A DNA stretch of 63,885 nucleotides, filler included, from Octopus bimaculoides (Eukaryota): assembly GCF_001194135.2 (NCBI RefSeq). It is 7 parts of 5 records of this genome, joined end to end, with 100 filler letters (N's around TTAATTAATTAA, not from the genome) between each part and the next. Parts side by side here need not be neighbours in the genome. Positions count along the whole stretch, not along the records: positions 42,711 to 58,851 come from NC_068988.1; positions 58,952 to 61,022 come from NC_068984.1; positions 61,123 to 63,885 come from NC_068988.1; 4 more parts are not named here. One strand, given 5' to 3'. A program made the translations under genes and the position numbers. Each line of letters opens with the position of its first letter. Within the stretch, counting starts at the first letter, position 1. This document shows positions 52,561 to 63,806 of this stretch, piece by piece. The notes beneath the pieces are model-generated. The model saw nothing but the letters and a program-made list of their open reading frames with translations. It did not search any database and had not been told where the DNA came from.

Positions 52561-52603
52561 TCTGAAATTTCTTGTCACACATCCGGTGACCTCATCAGCA
52601 ACT
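52561..52603 (-). ncRNA. Degenerate hammerhead-like motif
   Basis: CUGAUGA-G-GUCAC(loop 7)GUGAC-AA-GAAA; helices I and III are imperfect. Confidence 0.35.
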
Positions 52604-53169
52604 TTCCAGGCTTTAAAAAGTATGTACTTGGATCGATGATTTATTGGTCTAAATCCTTCAAACTGGTGCTCCAGCATGACCACATAATTTGGCTGGAGAA
52701 GCAAGCTTCTTACTCACTCCGTAGCCGAGCGGCCAAGACAGAGAAAAGACATTGGGTAGACAAACGTGACCAAATAAATAATGTATGTTATTGTCGCATG
52801 TAATTGTTTTGTACTGATTATAACGAAGCTACTCTAAAAATAACGCGACGAAAACTCGAATACAACAAAAAAGAAAAAGAGAGAAATAAATATATACACA
52901 CCATAAATGAAACAAAGGCAAATAAAAACAATTAGATTGTTATGTAAAATTAAGTGTAATTATGTGACTAATAGCAGAATGAAATGAATGACATGACAAT
53001 GGTCTCTACCAACAATCGTTGCATTTTTGCCAGTTACATACGCATTAGGCATTTATTTTCGATAAAATTCTTTCCTGCCAATAAACTAAATAATAGCGTA
53101 AAATTATGGTTATTTTTATTTGCCACCTGGGTGATGGATGAGAAGTACAATACAAGGATGAACATATAA

Positions 53170-53345
53170 GCAGAGGATTGGTTGTGTGATAAAAAGTTTG
53201 CTTCCCAACCAGATGGTTCTGGGTTCACTCTCACTGCGTGGCACCGTGGAAACTCGGGCAAGTGTCTTCTACTGTAGACTCGAGCAGATCAAAGCCTTGT
53301 GAATGGATTTGCTGGACGAAAGCTGAAAGAATCACGCTGAATATA
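53170..53345 (+). mobile_element. SINE family A head
   Basis: tttgcttcccaaccagatggttctgggttcac...gggcaagtgtcttctact...aaagccttgtgaatggattt. Confidence 0.8.
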
Positions 53346-53389
53346 TATGTCCTATTTTTATTCTTACTGTATTTGTGTAACATTGTTCT

Positions 53390-53680
53390 GTTTTTTTATT
53401 CCGTCCTTGTTTTTGTATACATTCGCTGCTTTCTTCCAAGGAATCTAATGCTCTGAGCTTAGTTTTTCCTTGGGGCTGGCCAGATTGGAGCAATATCGAG
53501 AATAACCAGCCGAAATTGCAAAGATAATCTGGATCTCGACTGAAGAGAGAAAACTCCGAATGACCTGTCCTTGTTTTTTTTTGTATCGTCTTTCTGGATG
53601 TTTTGTCCCTTTCTTGTATCACCTAACTGTCTGGATGTTTTGCGTTCTTGTCCCATTCTGTATTATATATACATACATTT
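53390..53680 (+). mobile_element. Penelope-like terminal-repeat-type fragment
   Basis: Pyrimidine-rich reiterated gtcc/ctggatgttttg motifs and a ggctgg...ccagcc stem followed by gaaa; family assignment is by resemblance only. Confidence 0.4.
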
Positions 53681-53920
53681 CTGTGCGAATGGTTTGAATG
53701 GTTTTGTTATATGGTGCCGTATTTTACAACAGTGTAAATAATAATAATTGTATTTTTATATAAGCTTAAAGCTTATGGCGATCACCGTGCAATGACTAAG
53801 GAAAATAGTCTAATAACGGGGTATATAAGCCCTCCACAGAAAAAAGGAAGGCTTTCCTATCCGCATGGGACACGAACCCACATGCCTTTGTTAACGCAAC
53901 TAAGTGTGTTACCGTTTGTG

Positions 53921-53962
<42 letters not shown>

Positions 53963-54084
53963 GGCCGTGGTGAATATATTGTCATCTAAATTATGCAAAA
54001 ATGAAAATAACACAGACATCTCATTTTAACAGATATATTTACTAAAATTACATAAATATATCATGAAATACTAAAGAATAAATC

Positions 54085-54385
54085 TATTCAATAAAATCGC
54101 CATTGGCTTCAACAATGGCCTCCGGACGACATCTCCTGCAACTCTTCTGGACAGTCTCTTTGTTTAAGTTGGTGAATGCTGCCATAAACGTTGTCTTCAG
54201 TTCATCTTTGGTGTTACAAGGAGTTTTGTCGGTCTCTGGTTCAACTGCGCCCCACACATAATAACCAAGGAGGTTGCAGTCTGGGGAGTTAGGTGGCCAG
54301 AGGTCGCAGAAATTGTCTGACAGCCATGACTGGGTCCTCCTGTTTGTGTAGCATGGTGCAGAGTCCTGTTGCCAGACACAGGATC
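54085..54385 (-). mobile_element. maT/DD37D-type Tc1-mariner transposase C-terminal remnant
   Basis: VWQQDSAPCYTNRRTQSWLSDNFCDLWPPNSPDCNLLGYYVWGAVE...NTKDELK...EAIVEANGDFIE*. Confidence 0.8.
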
Positions 54386-54987
54386 TTCCAGCAGCCACCC
54401 GTGGCGGAAATTGCGATCCGAACATAATGACGGAAGAAATGCTGCTAAGCATTTGAAATTTTGGCTCAAAGGCAACGATTTTTAAGGAGAAAGGGGGTTA
54501 GGCGATTACATCGGCTCCATTACTTGACCAGTACTTCATTTTATCTATCGTGAGAAAGGCCAAGTCGATCGGAGGGGGATTTGAACTCTTAGTGTAAATA
54601 ACCAGAACCAAAGGTTGCAATGCATTTTTTCGACTGCCTCAGTTTTCTACCAACCTGACTAATCGCATTAACGATTCCGACTTTCGCACAAGGACAGGAA
54701 ATGTGAGAATAGGAGGCTGATCGATATCTTCCACCCCCAGTAAGTGACTGGTACTTTATTTTACCGACCACAAGCAGAATGAAAGGCAACGCTGACTTCG
54801 ACCGTATTTGAACTTGGAATATATTGTGAAGTAAAGGACAAATGAATTGTGTTACAGGCTCGGTCGGATTAAGACCCATTGAAGCGCTTAGGATTTTGGT
54901 GACCGTACATGTATATTTAATTCAAAATACAAACAATGATAAACACTAAAATAATACTTCTAGTTTTTCAAAATGAAACAAAGCTAC

Positions 54988-55116
54988 AGGCGCAGGAGTG
55001 GCTGTGTGGTAAGTAGCTTGCTTACCAACCACATGGTCCCGGGTTCAGTCCCACTGCGTGGAACCTTGGGGAAGTGTCTTCTACTAAAGCCACGGGCCGA
55101 CCAAAGCCTTGTGAGT
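54988..55116 (+). mobile_element. SINE family A head (low divergence), running into a gap
   Basis: aggcgcaggagtggctgtgtggtaagtagcttgcttaccaaccacatggtcccgggttcagtcccactgcgtgg. Confidence 0.9.
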
Positions 55117-55986
55117 NNNNNNNNNNNNNNNNNNNNNNNNNNNNNNNNNNNNNNNNNNNNNNNNNNNNNNNNNNNNNNNNNNNNNNNNNNNNNNNNNNNN
55201 NNNNNNNNNNNNNNNNNNNNNNNNNNNNNNNNNNNNNNNNNNNNNNNNNNNNNNNNNNNNNNNNNNNNNNNNNNNNNNNNNNNNNNNNNNNNNNNNNNNN
55301 NNNNNNNNNNNNNNNNNNNNNNNNNNNNNNNNNNNNNNNNNNNNNNNNNNNNNNNNNNNNNNNNNNNNNNNNNNNNNNNNNNNNNNNNNNNNNNNNNNNN
55401 NNNNNNNNNNNNNNNNNNNNNNNNNNNNNNNNNNNNNNNNNNNNNNNNNNNNNNNNNNNNNNNNNNNNNNNNNNNNNNNNNNNNNNNNNNNNNNNNNNNN
55501 NNNNNNNNNNNNNNNNNNNNNNNNNNNNNNNNNNNNNNNNNNNNNNNNNNNNNNNNNNNNNNNNNNNNNNNNNNNNNNNNNNNNNNNNNNNNNNNNNNNN
55601 NNNNNNNNNNNNNNNNNNNNNNNNNNNNNNNNNNNNNNNNNNNNNNNNNNNNNNNNNNNNNNNNNNNNNNNNNNNNNNNNNNNNNNNNNNNNNNNNNNNN
55701 NNNNNNNNNNNNNNNNNNNNNNNNNNNNNNNNNNNNNNNNNNNNNNNNNNNNNNNNNNNNNNNNNNNNNNNNNNNNNNNNNNNNNNNNNNNNNNNNNNNN
55801 NNNNNNNNNNNNNNNNNNNNNNNNNNNNNNNNNNNNNNNNNNNNNNNNNNNNNNNNNNNNNNNNNNNNNNNNNNNNNNNNNNNNNNNNNNNNNNNNNNNN
55901 NNNNNNNNNNNNNNNNNNNNNNNNNNNNNNNNNNNNNNNNNNNNNNNNNNNNNNNNNNNNNNNNNNNNNNNNNNNNNNNNNNNNNN

Positions 55987-56028
<42 letters not shown>

Positions 56029-56158
56029 TAACCAACAGCACAACACGACCATTCTTGACATCTGCGTATGTCTTAACTCAAACACCAGTTCTGTTTTTAC
56101 AGGCTTCCTACAAGTCTCCCTCTCCCCACCCCCTCTCTCTCTCTTTCTCCTCTCACTG

Positions 56159-56212
<54 letters not shown>

Positions 56213-56265
56213 CCTGTCTATCTATTCATTCATCTATCTATCTAGCTCTCTTTCTGCCTCACTAT

Positions 56266-56303
<38 letters not shown>

Positions 56304-56563
56304 CCACTTGTATGCGAAAGTGTATGTGTAATATGCAATCATATGTGTGTGTGTGTATGTGTGTGTGTGTATGTGTGTGTGTACAAGCATAAATTTGTAT
56401 GCATACACACACACGCACCTACCCATACACTCCCAGCACACACACACACAAATTTACATACGGCTATACATTACACACCCATACATATTAACTATCTACA
56501 AAAGCTGTGCCGCCCGCCCCCGACTCCTGTCCTGTGTCTATGCGTACGCGCATGCGTGTGTGA

Positions 56564-56615
<52 letters not shown>

Positions 56616-56846
56616 CGGTAGCTAGCACTGGTGTTTTACTATCTTAACTGACAGAACACATCTGTTTCATTTCATAATTGATGTCAACTTGAAATCTTTT
56701 CTCTTTAATCACACCAATGTGTCCGAGTTTGTAACACCCTTATCCAACACTCGGCAAACAACCAATGCACACACGCACACACACACATGTATAAGTATAT
56801 ATATATACTTATACATACATACATACGCAAACACACACATATATCT

Positions 56847-56891
<45 letters not shown>

Positions 56892-56894
56892 TAT

Positions 56895-57293
56895 AGGCGG
56901 AGGAGTGGCTGTGTGGTAAACCGTTAATGAAATAAAGTAGCTTGCTTACCAACCACATGGTCCCGGGATCAGTCCCACTGCGTGACACATTGGGCAAGTG
57001 TCTTCTACTATAGCCTCGGACCGACCAAAGCCTTGTGAGTGGATTTGGTAGACGGAAACTGAAAGAAGCTCGTCGTATATATTTATGTGTGTGTGTGTGT
57101 TTGTCCCCCTACCCTGTTTGACAACTGATGTTGGTGTGTTTACGTCCCCGTAACTTAGCCGTTCGGCAAAAAGAGACCGATATGATAAGTAGTAGGCTTA
57201 CAAAGAATAAGTCCTGGGGTGATTTGTTCGACTAAAAGCGGTGCACCAGCATGGTCGCCGTCAAATGACTAAAACAAATAAAATAATAAAAGA
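56895..57293 (+). mobile_element. Full-length SINE family A (tRNA head, CORE-like domain, short TA/TG spacer, tail)
   Basis: Head and tail are contiguous without a gap, which defines the roughly 400-bp family structure. It probably corresponds to one of the described octopus tRNA-derived SINEs (OR1/OR2/OK); assignment not verified. Confidence 0.9.
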
Positions 57294-57559
57294 ATATATA
57301 TATAGGTTATGAGCGGTAGGGGTGTCAATGAGACCCAGAAGTTTCAGGTAATGCTGAGTAAGTGCTATGGATAGACTACAGTTAAGCTCCAGGTTCGGTG
57401 ATTATATGAATAAGGGGTCCAACGTAGGTCTTATATCAGCGTGTGAACATAAGGATTTACTTTTCGTAATGTGATAAAAAAAAAACCAAGGCTGTAGATT
57501 TTAGAACATCTATTAATAGGTCTTACATCTGTTTCCAGGATATTTACTATATTCCGTCA

Positions 57560-58430
57560 TCGGAGACGGTGTGAGATTTTGTCTGTCCTTTGATTGACAG
57601 CATATAGATCAAATTGGAGTTGAGTTCGGTCTTCTTCATTGAGAATTTTCTGGAGCTTAGACTCATCAGCGAATATTTTCACTTTGCTGTGTTTCATGAC
57701 GCTGAAAAGGACGTTTATATAGACTATAAAGAGAAGCGGACCCAGGACAGTCTCCTGAGGGACACCACTGGTGACTTTTGTCGGGCTTGAGTGGATTCCA
57801 CCGATCACAACATGTGTTCTCTTCTCCAGGAAATGCTCAATCCAGTGTAGTAGTTTTTCATAGATTCCACCATTTGACAATTTTGACAGTAGGCTTTAAG
57901 AATATCATCGATATGGTGTAAGAGATGTGTTAGACAGTCCCTACCGCAGCGAAGCCACGCTGGTTTGAATTTAGGAGATTGTGGCACTCTAGGAAACCAG
58001 CTATCCTTGATCTCACCATCCTTTCAAGCACTTTAATGACATGGGAGGTAAGTGAATTTGGGCGATTGTTGACTGTAGGGGATCTGATTCCCTGTTTGAA
58101 AACGGGATGACAGACTGGGAAAAGAGCTGTTTCGGTATATAACCTGAGTCCAAAGAATTTCTCCACAGGTTGGTTAGAGGAACTGCAAGTTGGTGTCTAC
58201 ATTCCTTCAGGAGACTATCAGGATCTGCAACAGAATAGTATTTCACCTCATTTATTGCTGCAATAACGTCTGAAGCAGTAAAGGTTATGTTCGAGATCAC
58301 TAAAGACAGAGCAGTATTGTTTCTGCAGTACTTCTGCCATTTCTTTAGCATCATGCTGGAGAATGATGTTGTCATCGATCAGTGGACCAATGGGTGAGAA
58401 AGCGGTTCTATGCTTATCTGCATACGAGTA
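57560..58430 (-). mobile_element. CR1/L2-group LINE reverse-transcriptase remnant
   Basis: Frameshifted NRPNSLTSHVIKVLER...LLNSNQRGF...LLHWIEHFLEKRT...TSGVPQETVLGPLLFIVYIN...KIFADESK. Confidence 0.9.
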
Positions 58431-58984
58431 AAACACGTACATACATAGATACATTCATATATTTTTTTCTTTCGTTGGTTTCAATATGCCTTTAATACTT
58501 AATCCTTTCAAGATAAATTTTCTATTTCATCAATGTACGATTTTAAATGTAATTACAAACGATATTTTCTTAAATTCAATCGTATTTTATGCATTTCATT
58601 GATATTGTCTATTTACATATATTTGTGGATTTTGGAATTTTATTTCCATTTTATAGAGAATATATGTATTTATATAAGTTTTGGATGCGTATTTCAATGA
58701 TGTTCTTTTAGACTTCGCCTGTGTTGCCTCCATAATAATATTATTTCGAATATGGCGCACAACGAGCACTACACTTTCCTTCTGTATTAATGTGAGTTAT
58801 TGCTAATAACAAGCTCCTATTAAACTATATATTTGATATATATATATATATNNNNNNNNNNNNNNNNNNNNNNNNNNNNNNNNNNNNNNNNNNNNTTAAT
58901 TAATTAANNNNNNNNNNNNNNNNNNNNNNNNNNNNNNNNNNNNNNNNNNNNAAAAAAAAAACAAAACAAAAAAGCAACAAAGTG

Positions 58985-59190
58985 AAGACGTGATACGGAT
59001 AGTGTTATTGGACGCTCGGGAAAGGAAAGAGAGAGAGTATGACGTTTCGGGCGAGCCCTTCGTCGGAAAGACGGAAAGTTCAAAGAATGGAAAAACGGAG
59101 GAAGAGAAAATCGGCACCGATGCCCACGAGGTTACATTGTGGAAGGACCGGAAGAGGAGGTGGTGGAGGAAAAGTTATTTCTAAGACAGG
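58985..59190 (-). mobile_element. Penelope-like terminal repeat fragment carrying a hammerhead variant
   Basis: Pyrimidine-rich minus strand containing ccgacgaagggctcgcccgaaacgtc. Confidence 0.55.
59036..59070 (-). ncRNA. Minimal hammerhead ribozyme variant (U4C core)
   Basis: CCGACGA-A-GGG(cucg)CCC-GAAA-CGU-C: stem II, palindromic ACGU helix III and GUC cleavage triplet; helix I is weak. Confidence 0.55.
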
Positions 59191-59329
59191 AGAGTGAAAA
59201 AGGGAGGAGAATTTCTGTGCGTGCGCGAGAGTCTGTGTAATAACAGAACGCGTGTGTGTGTAATAACAGAACGTGTGTGTGCGTATGTATGTGTGTGTGT
59301 GTGTGTGCGTGGTTTCGTGGTTTATCTGT

Positions 59330-60960
59330 TAGTGTGTATGTGTGTGTTCGTGTGTGTGTGTGTGATGTAGTGGAAGGAATTAGTAGCAGGAATAGTTAGT
59401 GGGTGCTTATGGACAATGGTCAGTGGAAGGTCAGCAGGCAGTATTTCGAGTATGTGTGTGTTCGTGTGTGTGTTTGTGTGGGGTTGTGGGTGTTGGGTAC
59501 GTGTGCAAGTGTGTGTGTATTTTGTACGTGCGCGTGTGTGTATGTGTATGTTTTTGTGCGTGCGTGTGTGTTTCTGTGTATGTGTATGTTGTGTATATGT
59601 GCGTTGCTGTGTACGTGTGTGTGCGTGAGTTTGCTTCTGTATGTGCGTGTGTTGTTTATGCCCATGTGTGTGTGATTGTATGGGTGTCTGTGTGAGCGTG
59701 TTGTATTGGTGAGAGGNNNNNNNNNNNNNNNNNNNNNNNNNNNNNNNNNNNNNNNNNNNNNNNNNNNNNNNNNNNNNNNNNNNNNNNNNNNNNNNNNNNN
59801 NNNNNNNNNNNNNNNNNNNNNNNNNNNNNNNNNNNNNNNNNNNNNNNNNNNNNNNNNNNNNNNNNNNNNNNNNNNNNNNNNNNNNNNNNNNNNNNNNNNN
59901 NNNNNNNNNNNNNNNNNNNNNNNNNGTTAGGTACGAGTGCGTGTGTGTGTGTGTATGCGCGTGTGTGTTTATGTGTGTCTGTATGTTTGTGTCCGTGTGC
60001 GTGTGTGTGCGCGTGTGTGTATATTTTTTGTGCGTGCGTGTATGTGTACTTTGTGTATGTTTTCGTGCGTGCGTGTGTGTGTGTATGTTGTGTATATGTG
60101 CGTTCCTGTGTGTTTGTGTGTGCATGTGTTTGCTTACGTACGTGCGTGCACATGCGTGCACCTGCGTGTGTCATTTATGCCCCTTGTGTGTGTAGTTGTA
60201 TGCGTGTTTATGTGAGTGTGTGTTGTGTATGTGAGTGAGTATTGTGTATGTGAGAGGTGTGTGTGCGTGTGTGCATGTGTGTATATGTGTATGTGTGTAC
60301 GTGTATGTGTGTGTTTGTGTATGTGAGAGGTGTGTGTGCGTGTGTGTATGTGTATGTGTGTTATTTTGTGTGTGTGCGTGTGTGTATGTGTATGTGTGTT
60401 ATTTTGTGTGTGCACTCCTGTGTGTGTGTGCATATATATGTATGCGGATGTGTACTTACATGTATGTAGGTGTGCCCGTATATATGTGTGTGTGTGTGTG
60501 TCTGAGTGTAGGGTTGTGTAAGGTGTGTGTCTTACCACTGTGCGTGTGTGTGTGTATATATATGTGCGTTCGTCTATATGTGTGTGTGAGGGCGCGCATG
60601 TATGTTTGTCATGTGTGTGGGCGGTATATAAGTAAGGTGAGTGGGAGGTGTATGTGTTAGGTGTATGGGAGGTATGTGATGTATGTGTGAATGGGGGTAT
60701 ATATGGGTTATGTGTGCAAGGGTGTGTATGCTTGGGTGTGTGTGTGTGTGTATGTTTGCGTGTTTGTTAGCGTGTGTGTGTATGCACAAGTGTGCGTGTG
60801 TATGTGCGTTTGTATAAGTGTGTGGGCGAATCTGAGCGTGTAAGTGCATGCATGTGTGTTGTGTTGTGTGTGTGTGTGGTGTGTTGGGGATAGGTGTGCA
60901 TACATGTGTGTGTATGGGTGCGTGTATTTTTTGTGTGCGGGTATGTGCGCGTGTAGGAAG
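59330..60960. repeat. About 1.6 kb degenerate (TG)-rich low-complexity tract
   Basis: Directly visible. Confidence 0.95.
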
Positions 60961-61257
60961 AGATGAAATAAATTATGGAAAATTGTAGTGATTGTAATAA
61001 AAAAGTGAATAATGGATATATANNNNNNNNNNNNNNNNNNNNNNNNNNNNNNNNNNNNNNNNNNNNTTAATTAATTAANNNNNNNNNNNNNNNNNNNNNN
61101 NNNNNNNNNNNNNNNNNNNNNNAAGAAGTTGGTATTTTTTCTCCTTTTTTGTAGTTGCAGTTGTTTTTTGTTGTATTGGTGATGTCTTATCTAGTGTTGC
61201 ATAAGTTACAATAAAGGTATAAAACGAATGCGCGCGCGTCAGTCCGTGTTTGCGTCC

Positions 61258-61288
<31 letters not shown>

Positions 61289-61708
61289 CGTATTCTCTTC
61301 TGTCTTTGATTTTTAAAAATATACGTGTGAAGAAGGAGCTGGTTTCTAACAAAGATGCAAAGCAGCTCCACCGTTGGAATGTAGATAACAAAAGCAACGT
61401 CACATTTTAAACTTGAAAAAAAGTCTAACATGTCTCACAAGATTATTTTTGTAGTTTTCCGAGTTCGTTGACTGATTTCTTTTTCTGAAAACCCAAACTT
61501 ATCCAGATTGTCCTTGGGCATTTATAAACAAAGCCAAGTGTACCAATTACTACTGATATGTATAACTGGGAATTATAATCTGGATATAGAAGCTGGAGGC
61601 TTCGAAGCAGTTGTATGTATGCATGCATGTGTGTATGTATGTATGTATGTATGTAAGTATGTATGTATGTATGTATGTATGTATGTATGTATGGATGGAT
61701 GGATGTAT

Positions 61709-61744
61709 AGTAGCCCGCGTTCTTAACCACTACGCCATATGCCC
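61709..61744 (-). mobile_element. Truncated tRNA-like SINE head in inverted orientation
   Basis: gggcatatggcgtagtggttaagaacgcgggctacta with canonical A-box TGGCGTAGTGG. Confidence 0.75.
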
Positions 61745-61781
61745 GTGGGCACATGGCGTAGTGCCCACGCCCACGGTTTTA

Positions 61782-61834
61782 ATGGCGAAGTGGTTAATAT
61801 CGCAGTCTACTAACCCCACGATTCCAGGCAGTGA

Positions 61835-61895
<61 letters not shown>

Positions 61896-62148
61896 CATAA
61901 TGATGATGATGATGATGATGATGATGATAACAACAACAACAACAACAACAACACCGAAAAATACCTTAGGAAAAATACCTCAGGAATGAGAACCCAGGTT
62001 CGAAATTACCCCAAGACACCTGATGAAGGTTGGAGGGTATATCAGCCGAAACGTTGTGTTAACAACAAAGAAGATGAGGACACATATCTGTCAAATGTAA
62101 ATAATGTAAAATAATGGACACAATTCCTCATCTCTTAAATATAGAACT
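61782..62148 (+). mobile_element. Composite SINE-like element: tRNA-like head, (AAT)n(GAT)n(AAC)n spacer, hammerhead-bearing Penelope-like tail
   Basis: A-box TGGCGAAGTGG (61783), partial B-box cgattcc, microsatellite 61839-61953, ribozyme 62015-62060, 9-bp hairpin 62072-62080/62125-62133. Confidence 0.7.
62015..62060 (+). ncRNA. Minimal type-I hammerhead ribozyme
   Basis: Helix I GACAC(62015-19)/GUGUU(62056-60); core CUGAUGA (62020-26) plus an extra A; helix II GGUUG/CAGCC; GAAA (62048-51); palindromic ACGU helix III; GUU cleavage triplet. Confidence 0.8.
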
Positions 62149-62175
62149 GCATTATTATCATTATTATTACTATTA

Positions 62176-62210
<35 letters not shown>

Positions 62211-62211
<1 letters not shown>

Positions 62212-62398
62212 GGCGAGCTAGAAGAATCGTTAGCAAGCCGTGCTAAATGCTAAGCAGCATTCCGTCTGTCTCTATCTCTACGCTGAGGTCGGCTTTGCCT
62301 TTCGTCCTGTAGGGGTCGATAAATTAAGCACCAGTGATGTAACCAACTAGTCCCCTCCCCCAAAGTTTCAGGCCTTGTGCCTTTAGTGGAAAGGATTT
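62211..62398 (+). mobile_element. SINE family B (tail 1)
   Basis: aggcgagctagaagaatcgttagc...ggggtcgataaattaagcaccag...ggccttgtgcctttagtggaaagg. Confidence 0.8.
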
Positions 62399-62874
62399 CC
62401 TCTGTTTAGACGAACTTTCCTACCTTTCCGGACAAAACCTTTTGTAACCTTCGTCCTGTCTTTGTCCTTATGTTTTTAATTGATATTAGCCCTTGTGGCC
62501 AATAAAACGAATTAATTATTATTATTATTATTATTATTATTATTGTTGTTGTTGTTGTTGTTGTTGTTATTGTTATTATTATTATTATTGTTGTTGTTGT
62601 TGTTGTTATTGTTATTATTATTATTACAACTTATCATCATCTATAATAGTGTCTTAGTAAAACATCAACATCATCATCGTCATCGTCGTCACCAACGTAC
62701 AACACTGTATCATGCGTACCCTAGTAACCCATTTACCTAAACACGACTTTAAACCAAACTTTCTTTCTTTTCTCTCTCACCCTCCTCTTCTTTCTTTCTT
62801 TCTTTCTTTCTTTCATCCTCCCTTGTTCTCTCTTTACCTATTCTCTCTTTCTTTTTCTCTCACTCTTCCAGTAG

Positions 62875-63011
62875 TAGTAGCAGTAGCAGTAGTTCTCGCA
62901 GCAACAGTTGCAGCAACAGCAGTCGCAACAGTGGCAACAGCAGCAGCTGCAGAGAAGATAGCAGTAGAAGTACCAGCAACAGTGGAATCAGCGGCAGCAG
63001 CAGCAGCAGCT

Positions 63012-63069
<58 letters not shown>

Positions 63070-63120
63070 CAGCAGCAGCAGTAGCAGTAGTAGTAGTAGT
63101 AGTAGTTGTAGTAGTCGTAT
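62875..63120. repeat. (GCA)n/(GTA)n compound microsatellite
   Basis: Directly visible. Confidence 0.95.
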
Positions 63121-63587
63121 ATTACAACCACATGCCGGCGACATGAAGCGAACACGCATTCATTTTATTAATTTCTTTTGTTTTATAGCTGAACTACGTT
63201 ACCCGACGCATTCCTTCCTTTCTCACTTCGATTAATTTAGTTAATTATTGAATGATTCATCGAGTGATCGATTTACAACTCAGCGCCACCGCCTTCGCCA
63301 CGTTGATTCATAACACATGCATGTATATTTACAGTGTTTTGGCTCATATACAAAGCGTTTTATCATCATCTGTCTCATTGTCAAACTATCTAAGCTACAC
63401 CCTACCAGCAGAAAAAAAAAGACAAAAAAAATAATGATAAAACTAAGATAAATCAATCTGTTGAATCGATACCAATTTCGATCTTAATTCGATTTCGATT
63501 CGACACGTTTTCGATTCGGTCCTCTGCAAGAATATTTCATATGATGTCGCTGTGGTAGATGAAGAAATCATCATCGTCATCATTGTT

Positions 63588-63806
63588 AAGGCGGCGAGCT
63601 GGCAAAATCGTTAACATGCCGGGTAAAATGCTTAGCAGCATTTCCTCGTCCTTATGTTTTGAGTTCAAATTCCGCCAAAGTCGACTTTGCCTTTCTTCTT
63701 TTCAGGGTCGATAAAATAAGTGCCAGTGGAGCACTGGGGTCGATGTAATCGACTAGCCCCCTTCCACAAAGTGCAGGCTTTGTGCCTATAGTAGAAAGGA
63801 TTATTA
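63588..63806 (+). mobile_element. Full-length SINE family B (tail 1); another head follows at 63817-63885
   Basis: aaggcggcgagctggcaaaatcgttaac...gagttcaaattcc...ggggtcgatgtaatcgactagcc...gcctatagtagaaagg. Confidence 0.9.

Noticed and set aside
53470-53570. Two hammerhead-like fragments (ggctgg/ccagcc stem plus gaaa; ctgaaga-gag/ctc-gaat)
   Set aside because: The first lacks the CUGANGA core and the second lacks A15.1 and helix III, so neither can be called a ribozyme
57640-57672. CUGAUGA...GAAA on the minus strand
   Set aside because: It lies in the FADES (YADD-equivalent) codons of the CR1 RT and has no proper stems; coincidental
11629-63806. Recurrent 30-40 bp motifs suggesting a CRISPR-like array
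   Set aside because: They are dispersed SINE segments in both orientations, without regular unique spacers or cas genes
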